From positions 320,001 through 384,000 of the forward strand of contig CAWJCS010000001.1 in the NCBI GenBank assembly GCA_963841435.1: 64,000 nucleotides of DNA. The letters are read 5' to 3'. The notes beneath the pieces are model-generated. The model had not been told where the DNA came from. It searched no databases and saw nothing but the letters and a program-made list of their open reading frames with translations. The stretch is from an uncultured delta proteobacterium. GTDB taxonomy: Bacteria > Myxococcota_A > Polyangia > Polyangiales > Polyangiaceae. Both the position numbers and the translations under genes were made by a program. Below, in pieces: positions 39,028-48,661 of the stretch; within the stretch, counting starts at the first letter, position 1; the number at the start of each line of letters is the position of its first letter.

Positions 39028-40716
39028 CTACGGCTCAGTCACGAACCCCACGCGCCACGCAATCCTGCTCTGAACGAGCACCTCCACCGGCGCTCCCTCC
39101 CCGGCGCCTTCTGCCACGCCGAGATCGGTCGAGAGCTTGTCGTGGCGCAGGGCGTAGAGGCCGCCTGGTGCGGGGATGAGGGCGACGAGGTCACGGTCGT
39201 CAACGCCTTCGTCCACCTGTTCGACCTGGAACTCCTTGGCTGCGTCGACGAAGGCGCTGCCGAGGAGCTTGCCGCTGTTCGCGTTCCGGAGCTTGAAGGT
39301 GCCGCTACCGACGTATTCGGGGATCCAGACCTGGCTCTTGGCCCCGCTCGGCGCGCTCTGCACGATGCGGGCGCCGGCGTCGGTGCTCTCGCCTTCCACG
39401 TCGAGGGCGAGGCCGGTCTCGTCGTTGATGAAGGTAAAGCTCCTGTTCAGGCCGGCAATTTGCGGCGCGGTGGCGTCGAGCTCGAGCACGGTGTCTTTCG
39501 CCATCGCGAGCTGATCGTCGGCGGGGAATGACAACGGCTGCCACAGGTAGTCGTAGTTGCTGTCGGCAGTGTAGAGAAAGATCGACGCGCCGCCGTTCGG
39601 GATTTCGAGGACGGATGCCGGTGTGGATGGGGGCACGTCGGGTCCCCCGAAGTAAAAGTCCGTCCAGGGGCCTTCGATGCTACTGCTCGTCGCAAATGCG
39701 GGAACGTTCGAGTCGCGCGCGGGGCGGATCGTGATCAGGAAGTAGACGCCGTTCCGCTTGAACAGCACGGGTGCTGTCTGGCCTTCCCCAGGAAACAGGG
39801 TGGCGACGGGGTGATCGATGGCGAGGTAGTCGTCGGTCAGCTGGTAGATGTTGAGATCGGCGCCGGCGTTGCTGTTCGAGGCGAAGTAGGCCGTGCCGTC
39901 GTCGTCGACGAAGGCGCTGCCGTTGATTGACGTGTAGCCGGAGTCGCCGTCGCTCGGATCCCGGACGCCTTGGCCCTGGTACGGCCGGAAATCGCCCACG
40001 TACGTGTAGTCGCCGTCCGGCGTGTCGGACATGGCCACGCCCGCGTGCAGGAGCCTGACGGTGCCAGGGGATTCGTCCATCCACATCACGTACTTGCCCG
40101 TGGTGGCGTTGTAGATGACGTTCGGCCGCCTGAGGTCCTTGCTGACGGTGTCCGAGGTCGCTTCGGTGATGAGCACGTCGCGGCTGAATTCCCAGTGGCG
40201 CAGATCACGTGAGCGGTACGCCGAGACGTGATCGAAGACGGTGTCGCTCCGGCGCGACCCGAACCAGTAATACTCGTCACCCACGAGGATGATGTTGCCC
40301 TGGTTGCCGAGGATGGGCTGATCATCGACATCGAGCCACTTGAGCCCGTTGATGAGAAGCTCGCCCACGTTGACGTTCGGCGCGCCGCTCTCGCCGCCCG
40401 CCGCCGCCCCGCCGCTCTCCGTGCCTCCTTGCGCCGCGCCACCGCCGCCTCCGGTTGCGCCGCCTGTGCCTGCGTTGCCCGTGCCCCCGTTGCTCGAGCC
40501 GCCCGTCGCGCCGCCTGTCGCGCCCGAGCCGCCCGTCGCACCGCTACCGCCTCCGCCACCCGTTGCGCTCGCACCCGCCGAGCCTCCGGCGCTCGGCGGG
40601 CTTGCGCCGTCGCCGTCGCTTCCGCTCTTCCCGCACGCGACGAGGCCGAGCACCGCGCCGAGCGCCCACGGGGCTTTTCGCCCCGACCACCTGCGCACTG
40701 ATTGTGATCCCACCAA
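39028..40716 (-). CDS. Lipoprotein with GH43-like beta-propeller and C-terminal ricin-type lectin
   Basis: LVACG lipobox, Gly linker, YRSRDLRHWEF, RPNVIYNATTGKYVMWM, FVDDDGTAY, LFKRNGVYF; ricin ALDVEGESTDAGARIVQ...SQVW. Confidence 0.8.
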   Translation of the reverse strand: MVGSQSVRRWSGRKAPWALGAVLGLVACGKSGSDGDGASPPSAGGSAGASATGGGGGSGATGGSGATGGATGGSSNGGTGNAGTGGATGGGGGAAQGGTESGGAAAGGESGAPNVNVGELLINGLKWLDVDDQPILGNQGNIILVGDEYYWFGSRRSDTVFDHVSAYRSRDLRHWEFSRDVLITEATSDTVSKDLRRPNVIYNATTGKYVMWMDESPGTVRLLHAGVAMSDTPDGDYTYVGDFRPYQGQGVRDPSDGDSGYTSINGSAFVDDDGTAYFASNSNAGADLNIYQLTDDYLAIDHPVATLFPGEGQTAPVLFKRNGVYFLITIRPARDSNVPAFATSSSIEGPWTDFYFGGPDVPPSTPASVLEIPNGGASIFLYTADSNYDYLWQPLSFPADDQLAMAKDTVLELDATAPQIAGLNRSFTFINDETGLALDVEGESTDAGARIVQSAPSGAKSQVWIPEYVGSGTFKLRNANSGKLLGSAFVDAAKEFQVEQVDEGVDDRDLVALIPAPGGLYALRHDKLSTDLGVAEGAGEGAPVEVLVQSRIAWRVGFVTEP

Positions 40717-40818
40717 CGCACTCCTTTCAGGTGCGGGACGAAACGGAGCGTAGCGCAGACCGAGCCCGCAGGCTTCCTCCCTCGACGGCGCGGCGGCGGC
40801 TGTGCGCTCGGGAAGTGG

Positions 40819-40834
40819 TCGCGAACGTTCGCGA
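40819..40834. promoter_or_regulatory. Perfect 16-bp palindrome, candidate enhancer-binding site
   Basis: TCGCGAACGTTCGCGA, ~100 bp upstream of a sigma54-like promoter. Confidence 0.45.
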
Positions 40835-40933
40835 ACAGCGGCGGGCGCGCTCGCGCGCTTGGGCGTTTGCGAAATCGCCGCGCATTTTGCTCACGTGCGC
40901 CGCGTGGGAGGCCCGCCGCGCCCCCGAACCCAA

Positions 40934-40950
40934 TGGGCACGGCTCGTGCT
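40934..40950 (+). promoter_or_regulatory. sigma54-type -24/-12 promoter
   Basis: TGGGCACGGCTCGTGCT gives GG-N10-GC with a GGCACG core. Confidence 0.5.
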
Positions 40951-41039
40951 TTGCACCCGCTTGCAGGGTGGCGGCTGAGCGTCGAGGGGTTCGACGCGTT
41001 GCAGTCGTCATCCTCGCGCCGGCGGAGCTTTTCGCCGGC

Positions 41040-41475
41040 TCGTCATCAGGAGGATCAGACTCGGAACAATCGGTTTCGCATCTCGGGGACCAACTTCTGC
41101 CTCAACGTGCCCAACGCGGTGGCCGTCAACGGTCAGCGCCTCCAACTTTTCAATTGCGGAACGCCCGCCTTCGACAACGAGTTGTTCGACGTGACGAGCC
41201 GCGGAGAGATCAAGACCCTGCCGAGCCCCTCGGCGCTCTGCATGTCCGGACAGAACGACAACGTCTCGAACTTCAACCCGGTCGTGTCGGCCAACTGCGG
41301 CGGCTCGACTGCTGCAAGGCGGCAGCAATTTTACGTGCGAGGTCCCATCAAATGGGCCGGCGACAACAACAAGTGCATGGACGTGGCCAACGCGGTCTCG
41401 TTCAACGGCGCACCCGTCCAGCTTCACACTTGCGTCGCTGGGGCGCAGAACGAGCTTTGGGACTACTACTTCTGA
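41040..41475 (+). CDS. Ricin-type beta-trefoil lectin domain, probably 5'-truncated
   Basis: CLNVPNA..NGQRLQLFNC, CMDVANA..NGAPVQLHTC...NELW; no convincing start codon or signal peptide. Confidence 0.6.
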
Positions 41476-41486
41476 GAGAAGGTCTG

Positions 41487-41516
41487 ACGCCGGGGGAGCC
41501 ACGGCTCCCCCGGCGT
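41487..41516. terminator. GC-rich hairpin between convergent genes
   Basis: ACGCCGGGGGAGCC-AC-GGCTCCCCCGGCGT perfect inverted repeat. Confidence 0.7.
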
Positions 41517-41559
41517 TCCCAGGCTGCTCACCCCGCGCCCATCCGGAGGCAACCCGTCT

Positions 41560-43047
41560 TCAGCCGCCCTCGCCCGCCTCGATGCGCAGTTTCACGACAA
41601 GACGGTAGAGGGCGTAGCGGCTCGATAGGCCGAGCGCCTTTGCGGCAGCGGCGATGCTGCCGTTCGCGGTGCGAAGGGCCTCACGAATGTCGTCTTCGCT
41701 GGGCTCCCGGTTGCGAGCGCGTGGCTGTGGCGCCACGGCGTTGCCTTTGGTGGCCGCACCGTTCGGCTCGGTCGCGAACAACGACGGCGCGAACGTGATG
41801 GTGTTGCCGGCGCTGGCTGCCATCGCCTTCCAGAGCAGCGCGTCGAGAGCACGGACGTTCAGAGGGAAGTCGGCGTGCAAGAGGGCTTCGACGAGCCTCG
41901 CGTCCATTCTGACGTCGTCGAGCCCATCGCGACGCTCGACGAATCGCGCGACGAGCTCGGGGCTGGCCTGCGCGGCGCGCACGACCAGGTGGCGAGCGAG
42001 TAGCGGGATGTCCAGGCGGCGCTCCGAGAGGGGCGGGACCTCGACCTTGACGGCCAGCCGCGCGAGAAAATCGGGGCGCAGTGCGGTCGGGTCGCGGTTC
42101 GTGGCGGCAAGCAGACGAAAGTCCGAACGCCTGAGCGTGGCTTCGCCGAGTCGCTGATATTCACCGCCCGAGTCGAGCACTCTGAGGAGGTGCGACTGGA
42201 GCTCGTGCGGAAGCTCGCCAATCTCGTCGAGAAAGAGCGTGCCACCGTCGGCCTGGCCGATGATGCCGAGTCGCTCGGCCATGCCCGGGTTCGGGTAGTT
42301 CTTCAGGTTCCCGAACAGCTCGGCGTCCACCAGGCCGGAAGGGAGCGTCGCGGCGTTTCTCGCGACGAACGGGCGCTCCGCGCGGGACGACGAGCCGCGG
42401 ATGGCGAGCGCGGCGAGCTCCTTGCCGGTCCCGCTGTCGCCGACGATCAGAACGTGCCGCTCGGACTTCGCGGCGAACGCGAGCTCCTCGCGCAAGCGCC
42501 AGACCGCGAGCGACTCCCCGAGGATGCCGAACGTGTCGGCGCCGGCGAATTTGGGGCAATTTGCGGGGTCGAAGTAGCGCAGGGGCGGCGGACAGGCGGG
42601 GCGCCGCATGCAATAGAGCACGAGCTCCTGCCCGAGCGCGAGCGAGTCGCCGGGCTCCAGCGTGCCCGTCTCACACTCCGCACCGTTGATGCGCATGGTG
42701 CAACGACCCACGCGCCGCACCTCGAGCGCGCCGCCGCGCGGCACGATCTCGATCTGGCGGCGCGACAGTCCCGGTGCCGCGAGCGGCAACGTCGGCTCGA
42801 GTCGACCAGGACGCGGACGCGAGAACCGTAGGCGCGGTTCGTCGTCACTCGAACCGCGACCGAGCACCAACCGGGGGCCTTCGGGCGGTAACACCGCGAT
42901 CTCGCCAGCACGCATCGGTTCCTGACGACACCACGCGACGACGAGCACGGTGACGACGGGTTCGGAAAGCTCCTTCGACACGTGGTCGTCGTCGAGCGGG
43001 CTCACCGTCGTGTCTTCCGGCGTCGAAGGGGACTCTGGGCCGGCCAT
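41560..43047 (-). CDS. FHA-like + sigma54-interaction AAA+ + Fis HTH transcriptional regulator
   Basis: LGRG...LSRRQ (FHA-like), GDSGTGKE, LFLDEIGEL, AATNR, FPLNVRAL and a C-terminal HTH; GAFTGA loop replaced by NYPNPG. Confidence 0.88.
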   Translation of the reverse strand: MAGPESPSTPEDTTVSPLDDDHVSKELSEPVVTVLVVAWCRQEPMRAGEIAVLPPEGPRLVLGRGSSDDEPRLRFSRPRPGRLEPTLPLAAPGLSRRQIEIVPRGGALEVRRVGRCTMRINGAECETGTLEPGDSLALGQELVLYCMRRPACPPPLRYFDPANCPKFAGADTFGILGESLAVWRLREELAFAAKSERHVLIVGDSGTGKELAALAIRGSSSRAERPFVARNAATLPSGLVDAELFGNLKNYPNPGMAERLGIIGQADGGTLFLDEIGELPHELQSHLLRVLDSGGEYQRLGEATLRRSDFRLLAATNRDPTALRPDFLARLAVKVEVPPLSERRLDIPLLARHLVVRAAQASPELVARFVERRDGLDDVRMDARLVEALLHADFPLNVRALDALLWKAMAASAGNTITFAPSLFATEPNGAATKGNAVAPQPRARNREPSEDDIREALRTANGSIAAAAKALGLSSRYALYRLVVKLRIEAGEGG

Positions 43048-43186
43048 CGCGCGCAGTCTTGCAGGTCGAATGGCGGCGCACCACCGGCTGAAAAACCAGC
43101 GCGTTCGGTGAAGGGCGCGGGACGCGCCGACCGCGGTGAGCGCGGGCCGCTGGACGCGACGAGCAGCGTGGTAAGCTCCGCCCGCG

Positions 43187-44639
43187 GTGCACGGACAGCA
43201 GGGAGATATCGCCGATTTTGCGGGCGTGGGGACGACGCTCGCGGGAAAATACAGACTCGACCGCGTGATCGGGGTCGGAGGCATGGGGGTCGTCGTCGCT
43301 GCGGAGCACCTCGGGCTCGGTGCGCGCGTCGCGATCAAGTTTCTCCTGCCGAGGCTCCCGCAGCGCGAGCGGGACGTGGCGCGGTTCCTCAGCGAAGGCC
43401 GCGCCATGAACCGGATCGACAACCCTCACGTCGTCCGGGTGCTGGACGTCGATCGCCGACCCGACGGCGTGCCCTACCTGGTGATGGATTTTCTCGAGGG
43501 TGAGACGCTCGCTGAGCTCTTGCGGCGGCGGGAACGGCTCGAGGTCGCCGAGGCCGTCAACATCGTGCTCGAGGCAGCCGAGGCGGTCGCGGCCGCCCAT
43601 GCGGCCGGCATCGTGCATCGAGACCTCAAGCCGGCGAATCTCTTCCTCTCGCGCTCCGGCGGGCGGGACCCGACCGTCAAAGTGCTCGACTTCGGCATCG
43701 CGAAGAGCCTCGGCGTCAACGAACAGTCCTCGGCGACCACGACTGGCCAAGGCTTCGTGGGGTCACCACCTTACATGTCGCCTGAACAGCTGACCGATCC
43801 TGGGCAGGTGGACTACCGCACGGACGTTCTGGTCGCTCGGCGTGGTGCTCCACGAGTGCCTGGCGGGTGCTTCGCCATTCGCCGCATCGACGCCCGCCAA
43901 GACGTGCGCCCGGATCCTCCAGGACGTCGCCGTGCCACTCCGGGCGTTCCGGCCGGAGGTCCCGGAGCAGCTCGAGCGCGCCGTCAGTCGTTGCCTCGCG
44001 AAGCGAAGGGAGGAGCGCTTCCCCGCATTGCACGACCTGGCACGGAAGATTGCCGAATTCGGAACGTCGCGAGCTCGACATGCCTTGGGCGTGGTGGAGC
44101 TCACCCGGGCGCCCGCTGCCACCGCCGTGACGAGTCTGACGACCGAGGAGCGGTGGACCTCGCCCGGCATCGAAGAAACGACAGAGACGGCACTGGCGAC
44201 AGCGCGGCCTCGCACCGAGCCGCCGGGTCGGACGATGGCTCGCCGCGTCGCAGCGCTGCTGATCGCCGTCGTGGCGGCAGCCGGAGCCGTTCGCCTGCTG
44301 CTCGAGCATGAGTCTGCCGAGCCGGTTTCGCCGTCGACCGTGCGAATCGCGCCCATCCCGTCGCCGGCTGACCATGCCGTCCGTGCGTCCGCGAATCGCG
44401 GCCGAGAGGCTGCCGCGTTCGACGCCGCGCCGTCCCGAGTCGTCGATCCGTCGCTCCCACGCGAATCGGCGCAAAGAGAAGCGCCAAAGCGCGCTCCGAC
44501 CGCGGCGTCCGCACCGCGCTCGGCTGCGGAGCGCCTGTGGCCGAGCCAGCCGGCCCTCCCCGCTCCGCGACCAGACCCACGGCCGGCAGCGACTCGAAAT
44601 GACGCCGACGACGAGGCGGTCTACGTCGAACGCCAATGA
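43187..44639 (+). CDS. Membrane Ser/Thr protein kinase; one frameshift near 43827
   Basis: IGVGGMG, VAIK, HRDLKPAN, DFG, YMSPEQ; DVWSLG restored by removing one base; downstream TM segment. Confidence 0.88.
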
Positions 44640-45673
44640 CGCGCGGCCTCTTCGTTTGCGCCGCACCGGCGCTGGCCCTCGTGATCGCGCTGAGAGCGCT
44701 GCCTTGTCGCGCGGAGGAGATCGATAGCGCGGCAGCCCAGGCCGAGAGGCTCTTTCAGCAGGGGCGAAAGCTCATGGACGAAGGCAGGCCCAGAGACGCA
44801 TGCCCCAAGTTCGCCGAGAGCGACCACCTCGATCCGGCCGCCGGCACCATCATCAACCTGGCTCGGTGTTACGCAAGGCTCGGACGCACGGCAAGCGCTT
44901 GGACCGCTTATCGAGAAGCCGCCGAGCGCGCGGCCGCCAAGGGACAGGAAAAGCGCGAGGCCGTAGCACGGAGCGAAGCCGCCGAGCTCGAGCCGCGGCT
45001 GCCGAAGCTTCGCATCGTCGTCGACGAGCCACCGAGCGGCACGCTGCTGGAAGTCAGCGTTGACGGAGAACGTTGGGTGAGCGACGCCTGGAACGTCCCA
45101 ACACCGATTGACCCCGGGTCTCACGCTCTCGTCGTGAGCGCCGCCGGGTTTGCGCCCTGGTCGACGACGGTTTTCTCCGCCCAAGCGACTACCCTGGAGG
45201 TCGTCGTGCCCCGGCTGGTCGAGCTTTCGAGACCGCAGCCGCAGCCCGTCGTTCCGCCAGCCCCGCCGGCTCGGCGGCCCGAGCCCTCGGTCGCGGGTCC
45301 GCATGCTCGAACCGCAACCACCAGCGCGGGCCGGACACAGCGAGTGATCGGCGTCGTGGTGGGGGGCATCGGCGTTGCCGGGCTCGGCGTCGCGGCCGCC
45401 TTCGCGCTCAATGCCCGGAGCTTGAACGACCGCTCGCTCGAAGATCATCATTGCGATGCGACGGGCTGTGACCCGTACGGGCTCGCGCTGAACCAAGACG
45501 CTCAGCGGGCGGGGGACGTCGCCACCCTGCTGACGCTTTCCTCGAGCGCCATGCTCTTGGGTGGAGTCGGGCTTTACGTTTGGGGCGCGGCGAGCGAGCG
45601 ACCACGAGACACGCTTTCGTTCGTGCCGGCCTCGGATGGAGGCGCCGAGCTGCGATGGGCGCGGGCGTTCTAG
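44636..45673 (+). CDS. Exported TPR + PEGA-like protein
   Basis: AERLFQQGRKLM...ACPKFAES..LDPAAGT; IDPGSH; Pro-rich linker; C-terminal hydrophobic segments. Confidence 0.8.
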   Translation: MTRGLFVCAAPALALVIALRALPCRAEEIDSAAAQAERLFQQGRKLMDEGRPRDACPKFAESDHLDPAAGTIINLARCYARLGRTASAWTAYREAAERAAAKGQEKREAVARSEAAELEPRLPKLRIVVDEPPSGTLLEVSVDGERWVSDAWNVPTPIDPGSHALVVSAAGFAPWSTTVFSAQATTLEVVVPRLVELSRPQPQPVVPPAPPARRPEPSVAGPHARTATTSAGRTQRVIGVVVGGIGVAGLGVAAAFALNARSLNDRSLEDHHCDATGCDPYGLALNQDAQRAGDVATLLTLSSSAMLLGGVGLYVWGAASERPRDTLSFVPASDGGAELRWARAF

Positions 45674-46989
45674 GTCACTGCCTGCGTCGGGGCGCCGGGT
45701 TTCTCGTCCTCGGCCTCGCCTTCACCGGCGGCTATGGCTGCAACGACGTGCTCGGGATCGACGACTACGGTCCCAGAGTCGAAGGTGCCGTCACCTATTG
45801 CAGTGGTCAGGGGGCTTGTCCGAACACGGCAGACGGTACACCCAGGACCTGCGTCTTTGCCTCGAGCCTGGGCGGGCGAGACTTCTGCGCCGAGGCGTGC
45901 GATCCGAGCACCGGCTCGCAAGACCCCTCGCATTTTGCTTGCCTGGGGACCGGCGCCCTCGTTCCCGTGTGCGACCCTGCGGCTCCCGACCCGTGTCCGG
46001 AAGGATTTTCGTGCTTCCGCACGGATCTCTCCCGCCTTCCTCAGGGCACGTACTACGCGGCACAAGACCTCGGGCTGTGCCTCGCCGTGCCCGTCTGCAC
46101 GAACCATGCGGACTGTTCCGACGAGCCCTCCCGGGACCTCTGTGCCGGTGCCATCCTCAGAGACCAGTATCCCGGCGTCGAGACCATCCTCGCCACCGAT
46201 CACCTGCAGTGCGTCGCAGCCTGCGACGGCCCCTCGCGCACCTGCCCAGAGGGTGAGTCGTGTCTCGGCGCGCTCCTCCGCGACTTGCCGGACATCTGCG
46301 TGCCCAACTGCGACGTGACGCCGTGTCCGCCGGACTACTTCTGCCTGCGTAGCGCGGGGCCAGCGTACCCCGCGATTTGCACGCCAGGGCTACCGGGGTT
46401 TCGCTGTGAGCACCCCGAAGATTGCATGCTCGGTGAGTGCGCCGACACGGGCGCTGGCTTCAGCCTGTGCACGATCTCGTGTGAGTCGAACGCGACCTGC
46501 CAGCTACTGAACGGCTTCCGCGACCCCTCCTTGTGCGTTCGAGGGCACTGCGTGACGAAAGCGACGTTTGCGGGTGCCCTCTGCCGTGCGGCCCAGGACT
46601 GCCCGAGCGACCTCGCCGACGACGAGGGCAACGTCGTGACGGGTCAGCTGTGCTCCGACTACGATCCGTACCACCCCGACGTTCCGCGCAATGCCTCGGA
46701 CCTCGAGTGCCACCGTCCTTGCAACGATCGGTGCCCAGGCCTCGGCGGGATGCCCTACGTGTGCCTGCCGAACGGCGAGTGCTACCCAGCGGACATGGGG
46801 CTCCCTTGCCGGCCGGGCGACACCTGCATGGGGGACCTGAGCTGCCTCTGCATCGACAACTGCGACGCGACGGACGCGGAGCAGGTAACGACGTGCACGA
46901 AAGCGTGCGAGGCCGACTCCGACTGCCAGGGATACTCGGTGAACCCCAAGTCTTGCGTTGACGGTTTCTGTCGTTTGAACCCGCCGTAG
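45655..46989 (+). CDS. Cysteine-rich lipoprotein
   Basis: GCNDVLGIDDY lipoprotein start followed by many Cys-rich modules. Confidence 0.7.
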   Translation: MGAGVLGHCLRRGAGFLVLGLAFTGGYGCNDVLGIDDYGPRVEGAVTYCSGQGACPNTADGTPRTCVFASSLGGRDFCAEACDPSTGSQDPSHFACLGTGALVPVCDPAAPDPCPEGFSCFRTDLSRLPQGTYYAAQDLGLCLAVPVCTNHADCSDEPSRDLCAGAILRDQYPGVETILATDHLQCVAACDGPSRTCPEGESCLGALLRDLPDICVPNCDVTPCPPDYFCLRSAGPAYPAICTPGLPGFRCEHPEDCMLGECADTGAGFSLCTISCESNATCQLLNGFRDPSLCVRGHCVTKATFAGALCRAAQDCPSDLADDEGNVVTGQLCSDYDPYHPDVPRNASDLECHRPCNDRCPGLGGMPYVCLPNGECYPADMGLPCRPGDTCMGDLSCLCIDNCDATDAEQVTTCTKACEADSDCQGYSVNPKSCVDGFCRLNPP

Positions 46990-46999
46990 CGGCTGCACG

Positions 47000-47330
47000 T
47001 CACCCGCTCTCGAGCTTCTGCTTCAGCAACGCGAGCTGCTCGGGGATCACCTTCTTCGAGTTTCGGCGCACGAAGCCGGCGAGCAGCTTGAAGAGTCCCT
47101 GTCCCTCGAGCTCGAACTCCATGGTGACGCGCGAACGTGAGCCGCCGTCGAGGGGATAGACCAGCAGCGTGATGCGCGTCCGGAACGGGCCACCGACGCT
47201 ACGGGCCGAAAGACGGTGCGGCGGCTCGTGCTCGAAGACTTCGCTCGTGAGCTCGCGCACGCCGCCGGGGACCCTCCGCCGCTGGATGTTGCGCGTGCCG
47301 ACGCGCGTGGGGCCGCTCGGGCACGCCGAC
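47000..47330 (-). pseudogene. SRPBCC-family C-terminal fragment
   Basis: ELTSEVFEHEPP...GPFR....YPLDGGSRSRVT...LKQKLE; N-terminus not found. Confidence 0.5.
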
Positions 47331-47391
47331 CCGGCTCGTCACGGTGCTCCGGAGCATGCCGACTGCCTTCGCTGTGCGGTAACCTCGGGGG

Positions 47392-47964
47392 ATGCTGGCA
47401 CCGTTCGACGACGGCCCCCGCGAGGTCTCGCTCGCCCGGCGTACGGCCGCCGGGGAGGCCGACGCCGAGGCCGAGCTTTGCCGTCTCTTCGCGCCGCGCA
47501 TTCGGGTCTGGGGCCTGCGCCACCTCGGTAACGCCCAGCTCGCGCACGATCTCGTTCAGGACGTTCTGGTGATCGTGCTCGAGGCCTTGCGGGCCGGGCG
47601 CGTCGAGGATCCGGAGCGCATCACGGGGTTCGTGCTCGGCACTTGCCGTCGCGTGGTCGAGGACCGCGCGCGGACGGAACGGCGGCGCCGCGCGCTGCTC
47701 GAGCGCTTTCCCTCCGAGGCCCCGAGCGAGCCGCCGTGCGCGGGAGCCGACGTGGAACGGATGCTCGGCTGTCTGCGCGCGCTCTCGGGCAGGGCGCGCC
47801 AGGTCGTCACGATGACCTATTTCGAGGAGCAAGCGGCGCCCGACATCGCTCGGTCGCTCGGGACCTCCGCCGGCAACGTGCGGCTGCTGCGGCACCGCGC
47901 GCTCGTCACGTTGCGAGATTGTGTGCAAGGCAAGCGCGCGCGCGGCGCGGGAGGGGCGCGATGA
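47392..47964 (+). CDS. ECF RNA polymerase sigma factor
   Basis: AHDLVQDVL region 2; CLRAL...RQVV...IARSLGTSAGNVRLLRHRA region 4. Confidence 0.85.
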   Translation: MLAPFDDGPREVSLARRTAAGEADAEAELCRLFAPRIRVWGLRHLGNAQLAHDLVQDVLVIVLEALRAGRVEDPERITGFVLGTCRRVVEDRARTERRRRALLERFPSEAPSEPPCAGADVERMLGCLRALSGRARQVVTMTYFEEQAAPDIARSLGTSAGNVRLLRHRALVTLRDCVQGKRARGAGGAR

Positions 47965-48518
47965 GTCACCCCGTGAGTCACCCCGTGAGCTTCGAGGTCG
48001 CCACGAGCTATTTCGCGCGGGAGCTCCCGCTGGCCGACGAGCAGGAGCTCGAGGCGCACGCGATGGGTTGCGCCACGTGCCATGCGCGGCTCGCCGAAGT
48101 CGCCGAGGTCGTCGAGCTCGTGGGTCTCGCCGTGCGGAGCGGCAACGTTCTGCCGCTGCTCAGCGAGGCCACGCTCGCGCGCCTGCGAAAGAGCGGCCTC
48201 ACGATCGAGGAGGCCAGTATCCGGAACGGCGCGATCGACGCCGTGTTTCCCGCGCACGCCGACCTCTTGATCGGGCGCTTCCCGAACTCACTCGGCGTGG
48301 GCAGGGTCCACCTCGAGTTTCGTGGCGAGCACGGTGGCGGCACCGTCGAGGACGTCGTGGTGGATGCGTCGAGCGATCTGCTCGTCTGCTGCACGCGCCA
48401 GCACTTCGGCGGCAAGCCCGGGCGCTACGACACGCGGCTGCGCTTCTTCGACGCGGCCGTTCCGGAGCGCTTGCTTGCGGAGTGGAAGCTGAGCCTGACT
48501 CTGGAGCCGCGGTCATGA
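47961..48518 (+). CDS. Zinc-finger (zf-HC2) anti-sigma-like protein
   Basis: ATGA overlap with the sigma gene; H-x3-C-x2-C motif (HAMGCATC); appears soluble. Confidence 0.75.
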   Translation: MSHPVSHPVSFEVATSYFARELPLADEQELEAHAMGCATCHARLAEVAEVVELVGLAVRSGNVLPLLSEATLARLRKSGLTIEEASIRNGAIDAVFPAHADLLIGRFPNSLGVGRVHLEFRGEHGGGTVEDVVVDASSDLLVCCTRQHFGGKPGRYDTRLRFFDAAVPERLLAEWKLSLTLEPRS

Positions 48519-48625
48519 GGTGGGCGCGCCGGCGCCGGGACGGCGTGTGCACCGGATTGTGCCGACCTGTGCCGTCCGTCCCTGCCAGGTGGTATTGAGT
48601 CCGTAGGAATTCCAGGCGCTTGGAG

Positions 48626-48651
48626 CACATGCCATTCGGCATGTGATTTGC
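48626..48651 (+). promoter_or_regulatory. sigma54-like promoter overlapped by an inverted repeat
   Basis: CGGCATGTGATTTGC gives GG-N10-GC; CACATGCC-N4-GGCATGTG inverted repeat at 48626-48645. Confidence 0.45.
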
Positions 48652-48661
48652 GTCCGTCTTT

